Origin: Thermoplasmatota archaeon
GTDB taxonomy: Archaea > Thermoplasmatota > Penumbrarchaeia > Penumbrarchaeales > Penumbrarchaeaceae
Reading direction: 5' to 3'
Length of the DNA stretch: 64,000 nt
Assembly (NCBI GenBank): GCA_965234725.1
Contig: CBDDUX010000007.1
Span: forward strand, 1-64,000
Below, in pieces: positions 29,659-40,700 of the stretch. The translations under genes and the position numbers were made by a program. Below the pieces are notes generated by a model that was not told the origin of the DNA, made no database searches, and saw nothing but the letters and a program-made list of their open reading frames with translations. Numbering within the stretch: the first letter of the stretch is position 1; each line of letters starts with the position of its first letter.

Positions 29659-32600
29659 TCACTTCTCTTCTTCTGCCGGAACCTCATCCTCTTTCTTCTT
29701 GGTTGGGTCCATTCTCATGAGGAAGAACACCACGAGACCAATGAAGACGATAACACCAATTACGAAGAGGACCCAGTAGATGACATTAGGATCAGAATCT
29801 TCCTTCTCCTTTGATTGTGGATCGGTGCCCTGAAGGAACTCCTTTAGATCGGATATTCCATCTCCGTCAGTATCTTCATCCCTTGAGAATTTTGCCGGGT
29901 CAAGGCCATTATCCCGTTCCCAATCGTCAGGCATGGAATCGCCATCCGTATCGGTGCTCTGTGGGTTCAGGCCTTCGCTGATCTCAGTTCCGCTGGGGAT
30001 CCCATCGCCATCCGGATCGGCGTTCACATCGGTAGCATCATCGGGATTCATGCCATTTTCAAGTTCAATAAGGTCGGGAACACCATCAGAATCCTTGTCA
30101 TTGTCCAATGAAAGAACTGTGATGGTGAAGCTTGTTTCGGCGGTATTACCTGCTTTATCTGCCACTGTCAGCGTCACATCATAGGTCCCGGATGCAATTG
30201 GTATGCCCTGAAGGAGATCCATGACATTCTCGATCGGAGCCCCATCCCAATCATAGGAAACGATCCCTATGTTGTCTGTAGCTTCGGCCTGGACATCTAC
30301 CATTCTCCCGAGATATATGGTAACATCATCCATATCCATGAGGACGGGTGATATCCCATCAAAGACATCGATCGTCTTCTTATCCGTGACAAGCTTGTTA
30401 CCAGAGGGGTCCTCTACCATCAAGATATAGTTGATATCGGAAATTGAGCCAGAGGCCACACTGTATTCGAGGATATAAGATCCGTTCATCAGAACGAGAG
30501 GACTCAGGAAATGCTTTGAGGAACTTCCGGTCCAGTATTCAACCACTGCAGATGCGATCCTGACATTGTCAGTGATCTCGAAGGAGAACATGATCTCCTC
30601 TCCGGTCGTGGCCTCAACAGGGGACATATCAGAGGTAAGCACAGGAAGGTCATTGTCGAGGACCTTTACATCCCTCTGTGAGGTGACAAGGGTGTTACCC
30701 GCTGCATCCATGAAATGGAGGATGTAGTGAAGTGTGCTTGTGGAGCTCGAGGGTATGGGTATTGCAAATTCTCCAGTGCCAAGATCGAAATCGCCTGTTT
30801 GATGTGTCCCGGTCCCGAACCAGAACTCAGCCACAGCTGAGGTTATTCCAACATTGTCAGAATAGGATACCATGAGATCAAGGTCCTCACCTGTTGTGGC
30901 GGATGCTGAGGTCCTGTCAGTGATGAGAATGGGATCATCGTTGTCAACAACAGCAATATCCACCATTGTTGTATTGACCCAATTTCCAGATGTATCTGCA
31001 ACCATGAACATGTAGAACATATCACCGGTCATGGAAGTTGGGATCTGGAATGTATAGGAATAAACACCGCTTCCGGTCATCATGACGGTTGTATGCACAC
31101 CACTGTTGAACCAGAAATCAACATTGACCTCCATCACTTCAATATTGTCCATTACCTCGACGTTGAAGGTGAATTCGTCTCCGGTAGTGCAGGACTCTGA
31201 TGATAGGTCGTCACCCACTACTGGTAGATCATTGTCCATTACCATTACGTTCTTCATCATGGAACTGAACTCATTTCCAGAAGGATCAGAGACGTGGAAA
31301 AGGTAATAGAGTGTATCGTTCGAGTTCAAGGGAACAGGAATGGAGAAGGAATAGGTGCCGCTACCGGTCATCTCCCTGTTCAAATGATAACCCAGACCGA
31401 ACCAGTATTCCACCCTGGCAGAGGAAACGCCTATGTTATCTGTCACGACCACCGAGAAGGTCAGATCCTCACCGGTAGTGGCGGTCATTGGTGTGGAATC
31501 AGCCCCGAAGACCGGATGATCGTTGTCAGTTATCTTCACATCCTCCATATCAACACGGGCCCAGTTGCCAGCGGCATCCACGGACCTGAAAATATAGTAA
31601 AGGGTGTTGAGGGAATCATCAGCAGGTGTGAGATTGTAGTAATACGGCCCGGTTCCGGTCATGCTGACATTCGAATGGGTGCCTGTTCCGAACCAGTATT
31701 CGACATAAACTCCTGTCAAACCTATATTATCCGATATCTCAATGGCCAGGGTAACCTGATCCCCCGTGGTTCCCGAAACATCACTCAGATCATGACCGAA
31801 GAGAGGCCTGTCGTTGTCGAAGATCTGTATCAAGCTCTGTGTTGTCTGCTCCCAATTCCCTGCATTATCCACAGCGTGGAAGACATAGTTGAAGGGGTCG
31901 GTAGACTTCATAGGCACCTGGGTTGTGAAGAAATAGGGACCTGTCCCAGTCATGGACCTGTTCATGATCTTACCTGATCCGAACCAGTATTCAACGAATA
32001 CTCCGACAACCGCCAAGTTATCAGATATCTCGATCTCCAGATCGATGTATTCACCGGTGGTGCACTGTGTAACACTTGAATCTATTCCGAAGATCGGTCT
32101 GTCATTATCCATGATAGGGATATCCATTGGATGAGCGGACTCCATGTTTCCTTCCTCATCGGTGGCATGGAAAATGTAATGGAGTGTATCTATCGAACCT
32201 GAAGGGATGGTGATCGTTTTTGAATAAGGACCAAGCCCAGCCATGACGTCGATGGTATGTAAACCATCACCGAACCAGTATTCAACGCTAACTTCTGTCA
32301 CACCAATATTATCGGATACCTCGATCACAAAGTCGAAGGAATCAGCAGTGGTCCCATACATATCGGTTGTATCCGCTCCAAATATCGGTTTGTCATTGTC
32401 AACAATTGTGACCTGTTCTGTCATTCCAAGATGTGTCCAAAGTCCGGCACTGTCTACGATCTGGATGGTATAATACAGCATATCAATGGAATCGAGTGGA
32501 ACAGTGATCTGGTGGGTGTATGTTCCAGACATCTCGGTCATCGTTGCATTGGTCTGGGATCCTGTCCCGAACCAGTAAAGAACATAAGCATTCCCCATGG

Positions 32601-33387
32601 CGACATTATCCGAAGCATCAATGCTGAAAGTGAAAGGATCACCAGTGGTCCCTGAAGAGGGTGTATCGTCAGAGTCAATTGAGGGCTTATCATTGTCCAT
32701 TATCGTAATATCCACGGTGGTGGTCCTGGCCCAGTTCCCTGAAGTGTCTGCAGTCTGGAAGAAATAGTGGAAGGTCTCATAGGTGTCCTCTCTTAAGTCG
32801 ATCGTGAGGGTGTAGGTCCCCATTGATCCGGACATCATATTGATGGAATGTGATCCTGTACCCCACCAGAACTCCACATAGACCACTATCAATCCGATAT
32901 TGTCGGTGATCCCAATGGAGAAATCGAACTCCTCACCTGTGGTCCCGGAGGTGTCGGAACCATCGGTTCCGAATGTTGGAGGATCGTTATCCTTGACCGC
33001 GATATCCACCTGGGACGTTGAGGTCACATTGGCCAGATCATCCGTTGCCCAGAAGATGTAGTGAAGGGCATCTGTGGAACCCGAAGGAATTGTGATCGTA
33101 AGGGTGTAAGGTCCAGATCCTGACATGGTGTCGTTTGAATGCGACCCGGTCCCGAACCAATATTCAACTGTGACCAATGTTATCGCGCTGTTATCCGTAA
33201 CCACAATGCTGAAATCGAAATCGTCCCCGGTGGTGGCTGTGGTATCACTGCCATCCGTACCAAAAATCGGATCGTTGGGGGGTGCACCATCTACTCCGTA
33301 TGAGTCGTTCAGATAGCCTCCTGCACCCAAAATCAATATCGTTGACAATACAAGCGACAATACTATCATCGTCGTTTTTAACCTCAT
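29659..33387 (-). CDS. Large surface protein with 10 tandem ~100-aa Ig-like repeats, Ca-binding DxDxDG repeats and C-terminal TM
   Basis: Repeats P.FG.D.S...TTG..F...I.DN.....VEYWFG.G.H...Y.F...D..GN...DND; four DxDGDG.D..E...G.DP units; signal peptide. Confidence 0.88.
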   Translation of the reverse strand: MRLKTTMIVLSLVLSTILILGAGGYLNDSYGVDGAPPNDPIFGTDGSDTTATTGDDFDFSIVVTDNSAITLVTVEYWFGTGSHSNDTMSGSGPYTLTITIPSGSTDALHYIFWATDDLANVTSTSQVDIAVKDNDPPTFGTDGSDTSGTTGEEFDFSIGITDNIGLIVVYVEFWWGTGSHSINMMSGSMGTYTLTIDLREDTYETFHYFFQTADTSGNWARTTTVDITIMDNDKPSIDSDDTPSSGTTGDPFTFSIDASDNVAMGNAYVLYWFGTGSQTNATMTEMSGTYTHQITVPLDSIDMLYYTIQIVDSAGLWTHLGMTEQVTIVDNDKPIFGADTTDMYGTTADSFDFVIEVSDNIGVTEVSVEYWFGDGLHTIDVMAGLGPYSKTITIPSGSIDTLHYIFHATDEEGNMESAHPMDIPIMDNDRPIFGIDSSVTQCTTGEYIDLEIEISDNLAVVGVFVEYWFGSGKIMNRSMTGTGPYFFTTQVPMKSTDPFNYVFHAVDNAGNWEQTTQSLIQIFDNDRPLFGHDLSDVSGTTGDQVTLAIEISDNIGLTGVYVEYWFGTGTHSNVSMTGTGPYYYNLTPADDSLNTLYYIFRSVDAAGNWARVDMEDVKITDNDHPVFGADSTPMTATTGEDLTFSVVVTDNIGVSSARVEYWFGLGYHLNREMTGSGTYSFSIPVPLNSNDTLYYLFHVSDPSGNEFSSMMKNVMVMDNDLPVVGDDLSSESCTTGDEFTFNVEVMDNIEVMEVNVDFWFNSGVHTTVMMTGSGVYSYTFQIPTSMTGDMFYMFMVADTSGNWVNTTMVDIAVVDNDDPILITDRTSASATTGEDLDLMVSYSDNVGITSAVAEFWFGTGTHQTGDFDLGTGEFAIPIPSSSTSTLHYILHFMDAAGNTLVTSQRDVKVLDNDLPVLTSDMSPVEATTGEEIMFSFEITDNVRIASAVVEYWTGSSSKHFLSPLVLMNGSYILEYSVASGSISDINYILMVEDPSGNKLVTDKKTIDVFDGISPVLMDMDDVTIYLGRMVDVQAEATDNIGIVSYDWDGAPIENVMDLLQGIPIASGTYDVTLTVADKAGNTAETSFTITVLSLDNDKDSDGVPDLIELENGMNPDDATDVNADPDGDGIPSGTEISEGLNPQSTDTDGDSMPDDWERDNGLDPAKFSRDEDTDGDGISDLKEFLQGTDPQSKEKEDSDPNVIYWVLFVIGVIVFIGLVVFFLMRMDPTKKKEDEVPAEEEK

Positions 33388-33723
33388 AGGAACTTCCCCC
33401 AAGGGACTCTGAAACACGACCGTAAACTACTCTAGGTAGTCTATCATTACGGCCCGTAACCCCTTGTTCCGAGAGTGGTATTCATTCTTTTTAAGGTTAT
33501 CGAGCCTTTCAAGGTGAATTTCTTATACCTGGACCGGACAATCCCCGCATCCCCAGTTTCCGGGACTCTCCTTTATCTGATTGGACTACGTAATAATCAT
33601 CCTGTTTCACCGGGGATCTGATACGGGAAAAACTGATCGGGATCCTCCGTTCCAACGAATTGGATATATGGAAGAAAGCTATTCCCCGAAAACAGAAGAT
33701 TATTCATAAGGATCTAAGGATAG

Positions 33724-34212
33724 GTGATGATTTTGAAGATACTGATTGCATACTATTCCTATGAAGGGAACACCAAGTTGCTTGCAGAGACCATGGCCAA
33801 TGAGATCGGTGCTGACCTTCTTCAGATAATCCCTGAAAAAGAGATGAAAAGCAAAGGATTCATGAAGTTCGTTTGGGGAGGCAAAGAAGCTGTGATGGGA
33901 GAAAAACCACTTATAAAGAAACCTGAAATAGACCCCAAGGTCTATGATATGACCATAATCGGAACTCCTGTATGGGCTGGAAGACCGGCACCTCCAATCA
34001 AGACCTTCATGACCGATCTCCTTCCACCTGGGAAGGATCTCGCTTTCTTCTATTCCTTTGAAGGGGGAGAGGGGAAAACCTTCCAGATAATGGAAAAAAT
34101 GGCAAATGGCGGAAATATTGTCGGGAAGAAGGGATTCATGGCACCATTGAAGAAGGACAGGGAAGCATGTCTTGAAAATGGCAAAACATGGGTATCCTCC
34201 CTGCTGAAGTAA
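33724..34212 (+). CDS. Flavodoxin-like protein
   Basis: YYSYEGNT, GTPVWAG. Confidence 0.9.
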   Translation: MMILKILIAYYSYEGNTKLLAETMANEIGADLLQIIPEKEMKSKGFMKFVWGGKEAVMGEKPLIKKPEIDPKVYDMTIIGTPVWAGRPAPPIKTFMTDLLPPGKDLAFFYSFEGGEGKTFQIMEKMANGGNIVGKKGFMAPLKKDREACLENGKTWVSSLLK

Positions 34213-34259
34213 GAAAAGATCTGATATAAAGTTCCAATTATACATGGCTGGGAATACAA

Positions 34260-34829
34260 ATGGAACTGATGGATGCAATAAATCAAAGAAAGTCATACAG
34301 GGCCCTGGATCCAATTGAGATCACGGATGAGATGGTTGAAGAGTTGATGCAGGCCGCATCAAGAGCCCCTTCCTGTAATAACAATCAACCTTGGAGATTC
34401 ATATTTATCAGGGACCATGAAAGACTGGATAAGATCAAAGGGAAGCTATCCATGGGCAACTACTGGGGAGACCGGGGATCCATGATCATTGCACTGATCT
34501 CCCGGCCTGATCTGGATTGCCAGATAGAGGACAGGGATTACTACCTCCTTGATTCCGGGATGGCAATGGGATTCATACTTCTCAAAGCCACGGAAATGGG
34601 ACTTGCCTCCCATCCTATAGCAGGTTTTGACCAGAATGCCGTCAAAGAGATACTTGAGATACCCGAGGACTATCAGCTCCTTCCCCTGATCATCATAGGA
34701 AAGAGATCAGAAGACCTCGACCTTCTCACTAAGGACTGGCAGAAGGAATCAGAGAACAAGAGGTCCGAAAGAAGACCGCTCGAGGAGGTCATGTCAATGG
34801 ACCGACATGGGTTCAATGATCCACGTTGA
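34260..34829 (+). CDS. Nitroreductase family protein
   Basis: RKSYR, APSCNNNQPWRF, GLASHPIAGF. Confidence 0.93.
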   Translation: MELMDAINQRKSYRALDPIEITDEMVEELMQAASRAPSCNNNQPWRFIFIRDHERLDKIKGKLSMGNYWGDRGSMIIALISRPDLDCQIEDRDYYLLDSGMAMGFILLKATEMGLASHPIAGFDQNAVKEILEIPEDYQLLPLIIIGKRSEDLDLLTKDWQKESENKRSERRPLEEVMSMDRHGFNDPR

Positions 34830-36003
34830 TCCGTTCTTGTATCCTCTTGAGCCTTTCAATCACCGGACCGTCGCCCTCTATGACCCTGGCATGGCCCCTT
34901 TTTATAAGCTCACCATTTACAAAGATCATGTTCTTGAGAAAAACCAGATGGCCGGTGATATTATCATCTTCTTTCAGGGTCACCTCTTTCCCCTGAACAT
35001 ATCTCCTCAGGTAGTTGAGGGCCTCTTTTTTATGGGAGATCAACAACCCGGCCAGATCGATCCTTTGGCCGTCTTGTAGGACGATCGTTAGATCATCATT
35101 GATGGAGGATACCCTGATCAGGTCCCTTTCTGGCTCCATTTCCGTGGGAGGATAAGCATTGGTCAAGCGTGGAATATAAAGATCGTCCCATTCAGGAATG
35201 GACTGATCCACCAGATGGGTTATCTCCATTCCATTCTTACAGGATCTCTTTATCAGATCTATAAAATCCCCGTTGAGTTCGAATCCCATTCCTTTCCTTC
35301 CCAGCTCTAATGAGGCTTTGAGAGTGGTCCCACTTCCAAGGAATGGGTCGAGCACTGTCTCTCCCCTGAATGTGAACATCCTTATCAACCTCGAGGGGAG
35401 CTCCATAGGAAACATGGCCTCGTGAGAGATCTGTCTCTCACCGGGGAAGGTCCAATGTGAGAGATGGAATGTCTTCCATTCCTCCTTTGTCATTTTCGAT
35501 CCTTCCTTCAACTCACTGGACCTTGGTGGGACCTTCCCCGGCTTCCTGAAGATCAGAATATGTTCGTAATCTATCTCCACAATGCCGTTAGGTGGAAAAG
35601 GATAAGATCCCATCACAACAGCCCCGCCGGAAGTGTTCATTGTGGTCCTTTTCCTCCAAATGATGGACCCCATGAAATCCATACCAAGCATTTCCAGCTG
35701 AGAAATGACCTCAGCATGAAGAGGTATCACTTTGTATCTGCCGAAGAGGGATGCTCTGGCAAACTGGTCTCCAATATTGATGCATATTCTCCTACCTGGT
35801 CTAAGGACCCTGATACATTCTTTCCAGACAAGATAAAGGTCCTTCAGGTAGGAATGAAGGTCCTGTCCATGGCCAATTTGAGCTTCGATCCCATAGTCCT
35901 TGATATGCCAGTATGGTGGTGATGTTACAACAAGGTCAACAGAATCATCAGTAAGGATGGACATATCCCTGGAATCTCCGATGAAAGCACTTTGACCGAT
36001 CAC
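34813..36003 (-). CDS. Beta-class N4-C/N6-A DNA methyltransferase fused to an SNase (thermonuclease)-like domain
   Basis: TSPPYW, HEAMFP..LP.RLI, VLDPFLGSGTT; C-terminal V..I....TI.L.DG..I.L.G...G..V.L.....N..LI..G.A. Confidence 0.85.
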   Translation of the reverse strand: MIGQSAFIGDSRDMSILTDDSVDLVVTSPPYWHIKDYGIEAQIGHGQDLHSYLKDLYLVWKECIRVLRPGRRICINIGDQFARASLFGRYKVIPLHAEVISQLEMLGMDFMGSIIWRKRTTMNTSGGAVVMGSYPFPPNGIVEIDYEHILIFRKPGKVPPRSSELKEGSKMTKEEWKTFHLSHWTFPGERQISHEAMFPMELPSRLIRMFTFRGETVLDPFLGSGTTLKASLELGRKGMGFELNGDFIDLIKRSCKNGMEITHLVDQSIPEWDDLYIPRLTNAYPPTEMEPERDLIRVSSINDDLTIVLQDGQRIDLAGLLISHKKEALNYLRRYVQGKEVTLKEDDNITGHLVFLKNMIFVNGELIKRGHARVIEGDGPVIERLKRIQERINVDH

Positions 36004-36099
36004 GCTGACCCAAAAGGAAGGTATTTATTTCAAGGTTGGCACCCTCAGACCATTTATCGGAAACCATCTTTGTGATAAGGGGTCACTTCAATTGACAGG

Positions 36100-36288
36100 T
36101 CACCTTTTAGTCCTTAGATAGTTCTCGACGGACCGGTCATAAGTCGCTTCCGCCTTAGAATCGAAGTAACAAGCAGGAAGCTCTCCTCTTCTCCGGTGAT
36201 ATTCCACACATTCACAGCACTTTCCCCTTCTAGAGCAAGGGTAAGTGCAATTACACCTTTCCAGGTTCTCCTGAATGCTGCATTCCAT
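36100..36288 (-). CDS. Small Cys-rich protein (DUF6485-like)
   Basis: [20 protein letters not shown]...ELPACYF...E.TYDRS. Confidence 0.85.
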   Translation of the reverse strand: MECSIQENLERCNCTYPCSRRGKCCECVEYHRRRGELPACYFDSKAEATYDRSVENYLRTKR

Positions 36289-36669
36289 AGGTCGATATAT
36301 TCGAATGGATAAATATGGGTTCTGGATTGAAACATATCTGCTGTGACCTGCCCTTTTCCCTTTAAATAAAAATAATCCCGATACCATATTAACCTGCCTG
36401 GGGATGTTATTATCCGTTCCCATGACCACAAATGAATACATTAACCAGATCCTGAGTAGAAAGATCGAAGTTCCAGTCCCACCAGAACCCCCCATATTTC
36501 CCTGGGAAAGTGATCATAGAAAAAGGTCAAGGGACCCATGAAATTGAAAACAGCAAGGAGAAGATTGGTCCGCAAAAGGACAGATGTGTGATTCTTTACT
36601 GATCCTCCTTTTTCATGGTCTGCGGGATAATGATTTCTATTCGTTTTCAGATCGGTGTTTGGTGATGAT

Positions 36670-37020
36670 ATGAACAAACGGATAGCTCTTTTCGCTTTCA
36701 ACGGGGACCCTATGTGCTTCATACATGTGCTCCTCAATACGATCGATATGAAGGACAAAGGGTATGATGTCGCCCTGGTCATCGAAGGCAGTGCAACTGG
36801 ATTGATACCTGAGATAAGTAAGGAAGAGCACCCACTGAACCCATTATTCAAGAAGGTAAAGGAAACTGGTCTGATCGATTGTGTTTGCAAAGCCTGCGCC
36901 AACAAGATGGATGTTCTGAAGGAAGTGGAAAAGGAAAACCTTCCATTGTGCGGACCCATGTCAGGCCATCCTTCCATGGCTGAATATATCAACAGGGGTT
37001 ATGATGTGATCTCGTTCTGA
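36670..37020 (+). CDS. DsrE/F-like protein
   Basis: FAFNGDPMCFIHVLLN, EGSA, CVCKAC, GHPS; GGTGA RBS. Confidence 0.85.
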   Translation: MNKRIALFAFNGDPMCFIHVLLNTIDMKDKGYDVALVIEGSATGLIPEISKEEHPLNPLFKKVKETGLIDCVCKACANKMDVLKEVEKENLPLCGPMSGHPSMAEYINRGYDVISF

Positions 37021-37084
37021 AAGAATTTTAAAAAGCATTTTTTCCCATTATGGATACCTATAAATATCCGCCTACCATTGAAAC

Positions 37085-37663
37085 ATGGGTTTCATGTTCT
37101 TCAAAAGGGATTACATCAATGTTCCCAACGCACTTTCAATATCTCGCATAGTACTCCTTCCATTTCTCATTCTGATGGTAATTCAGGGGAAGAATATGAT
37201 CTTCCTCATGTCCTACATTCTCCTTGGTTCCACAGACCTCTTCGACGGTATTGTCGCCAGGAAGTTCGATCAGAAAAGTGAGGTGGGAAAGACCCTTGAT
37301 TCCGTAGCGGACCTGGTCTTCTATCTGGGGTCTCTGTTCTTCATCTATGTGATGTTCCCTCAAGTAGTAAATGGCAATGCTGTCTTCCTGATCATTTTCT
37401 TCATGTTCTTTTCTATGTCGTTCATTGTGAGCACCGTTCGATTTGGAAAACCGATACTTATGCATACTCAATTGCTAAGACTTAATGCGGTGCTGGTCTA
37501 TCTTCTCGTTATTTTCTCCTTCCTATTCGATACAACGTTCATGGGTACCATCATTATCTTCATCTATTACGCAGCATTCACTGAAGAGATCATTATATTC
37601 CTGAAATACGATGACTTCGATAGGGATGCAAAGTCGATCTTCCATCTTATATTGGACAAATGA
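37085..37663 (+). CDS. CDP-alcohol phosphatidyltransferase
   Basis: PN.LS..R and D..DG..AR......G..LD...D signature. Confidence 0.92.
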   Translation: MGFMFFKRDYINVPNALSISRIVLLPFLILMVIQGKNMIFLMSYILLGSTDLFDGIVARKFDQKSEVGKTLDSVADLVFYLGSLFFIYVMFPQVVNGNAVFLIIFFMFFSMSFIVSTVRFGKPILMHTQLLRLNAVLVYLLVIFSFLFDTTFMGTIIIFIYYAAFTEEIIIFLKYDDFDRDAKSIFHLILDK

Positions 37664-37785
37664 GATCACCTGGAATCTTGAAGGTTTATCGGATCAACAC
37701 GGGTAAGAAGGACCTCATGAGGGACCTACGGTTTTATACCAAACAATTTCTATATGAGAACTCGAAGAATATGCCGGGAGATAAT

Positions 37786-40700
37786 ATGAGATGGAATTTG
37801 GTTTCTATTATTGTGATTGCATTAATAGCGGGAGCTGGTCCCCTTGGCCTGATCAATTCATCCGGTATCAAAGAGAACGATGATAGGATCGAGGCCCCTA
37901 TCTCTTCATATGTAGCACATTCCACGATCCGGATCGATAATTCCTCTCATCTGGCCGAGATGGTTCTCCTCGAAGGCTGGGAAGGGAATGGAACAAAAGA
38001 GGACCCTTATATTATCAAGGGACTGGAGATCGATGGTAACAGTTCTAGCTATTGTATCTACATCAGATATACCCAGGAGCATTTGATAATAGAGGATTGC
38101 AGGTTGTTCAATGGTAGTCTGGGGGGATATTATAACAGATATTCTCTTGTAATGGATTATTGTCGAAATGTAACCATCAGGAACTGTGAGATCGATAATA
38201 TGGATTTTCTAGATACGGATAAATTGGTGATATCCAACATCTCCTGGAGGGCAGATGAGAGCGCCAATATAGACCTTCAATACTGCGATAATGTCCATCT
38301 ATCCAACATCGAGATGAGGAACGACACATCCCAGATAGCTTACTGTGGGAATATCATTATTGAAGATTGTCTTATCGAAGGACCTAATGTACTACTGTCC
38401 ATGATCGGTGGATCATGGGATGGAGGAGATTCAATTATCAGGAACTGTACATTCAAGGAAACCTATGGAGGGGGAAATCCCGAAGGGATCCGTATCTCGA
38501 ACAACCCACACATCCATCTCTATAACAATCATTTCATGAAGTCCTACCCTTATGTATATTTCTACGGCAGCCCGGACTTTCTGGAGACCATTTCAATACC
38601 TCCCAACAATACCGTAAACGGCAAACCTCTAATTTCTGTGATCTCAGAGGACCTGGGGTGGGAAGAGGTACCAGATGACGGAAGCTACTACCTATTCCTC
38701 TATTCGAAGAATATAACGGTGAAAGATGTTGTCTTACCCAAAGATTCCATTGGATTCTCGGCTCTGGCTTGTACCGGGATCTCATTCGATGGAGTCTCCA
38801 TCCCTGCTGATTCCCTGAGGGGAATATTCACGGACCAGACAGACATGATCTCGATAAACGATACCACCTTCTCCAATGCTGGTGACGGCATTAGGATGGA
38901 CCAGGTGATCCATTTCTCGATCACGAACAGTACCTTTTCCGGTTGCAACAGAGGTATAATGCTGAACTATGCCTATCAGAGCGGAACCTATCCCTCAGAG
39001 ATCTCCAATTGCAGGTTCAATAAATGTGACTTGGGCTTAAGGGCGAACGATATCGATTCTGTAAAATTACATAACTGCACGTTCAATTCTTCAGGTACAG
39101 GAATGGAGATGGAGAGGTCCTATGGTTGGCAGATATGTGAGAATACTTTCCAGGGATCTAACGGGTCCGCGATCTCCATGCTGAGAGGGTCCTTGGAGAA
39201 CTGGGTCTATTGGAATATTTTCAGAGATAACAACATCTTCAACGGGACCCAACTACCACAGGTTGAGGACACATCCGATCTGACCAGATGGTACAATCCA
39301 GATCTGGAAGAGGGGAATTGGTGGTCGGATCATAGAGGTCCAGACCTCGACAGGGATGGCATAGTCGATAAACCCTATTTGATCGATGAATGGAGGGTCA
39401 CTGATCCGAAACCCCTTGTATCATTTCCAAAAACCTCACAAAAAGCGCCGGAAGGGTTCGAAATATCGGTTGAAAACGCAAAAGTGAAGATCATGTGGAA
39501 CCCTCCATCCGAGGAGAATGTCCCGGTCATAAAGGGTTATCATATCTACAGAACAAAGTCTGGTAACATTACTTTGACAAGGATCGATGTGGAACCCGAT
39601 AGATGGTCTTATACAGACAACTTCGTAGTTTTCGGGGAGGAATACACTTACTGGATGACATCGTATAATCTCAGAGAGGAATCGGAAGGATCAGAGGTTC
39701 TGACAACCTTTGTCTTCGATCGACCGGGGATCGTTAACAACCTTACCTACATGTGCAACAGAACGACCATCAATCTTTCATGGGATCCTCCAGGATTCGA
39801 CGGAGGCTCACCTATTATCGGATATAACATCCACAGGTCCCTATCACCCATAGCCTGGACCATGATCGGGAAGTCAGATCATCCATGGTATCAGGATGAT
39901 GAGATCGAGATCGGCCAGGTCTATTACTACTTCATAACAGCAAGAAATATTGTAGGAGAGGGTGATCTTTCAGGATCATTCATGGTAGAGGCTTTTACCA
40001 CTCCTGATCCCCCCAATGTAAAGGTAGATTCAACCGGTGAGGATTATATCTCGATATCCTGGTCGGAACCTATTTTCACCGGAGGTACCGATCTCGTTTC
40101 GTATAAGATCTTCAGAGGATCAGACAACGATACACTTGTATATCTTGCCACTGTCGATCCCTCAAGTAATAGTTTTAATGATACTGGCCTCTCCGAGGGT
40201 TTGACCTATTACTATGCTGTCTCATCAGTAAACTCCAAGGGAGAATCGATCATAAGCAGGGTCCTGAACGTTACTGTTAATATGATCAGACCGGACCTTC
40301 CCAGACCGAATTCTCTTGATGCGGTTCCGGGAAACGGGAACGTGGTCTTATCGTTCCAACCTCCGGAATTACTGGATGATCTTGTGTTGCTTCATTACCA
40401 TGTTTACCGGAGGGAAGTGGGATACGAGTATGCATTGATCTCCACAACAGTGTCAACAAGATATAGGGATGACACTGTCATCAATGGAATAACTTACGAT
40501 TATAGGGTAACGGCCGTATATGCCAACGGTGAATCCGGTCCCACCCCATCCGTAACTGTAATACCAGAGGCAGGGATCTCCCCATTTGGGCTGCCGAGGG
40601 ATCTCTGGATAAGTGCTGGCAATGGTCATGTGATCCTACGGTGGTTGGAACCAGCAGATAATAGGAACGGATCGATATTGAGATACAATATCTACTCTGG

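Noticed and set aside
33426-33460. Short palindromes ACTAC-N5-GTAGT and TTACGG-C-CCGTAA upstream of the repeat protein
   Set aside because: 5-6 bp arms are expected by chance; no second copy noticed.
35275-35292. GTTCGAATCCC, resembling a tRNA T-arm
   Set aside because: Lies inside the methyltransferase CDS; no cloverleaf around it.
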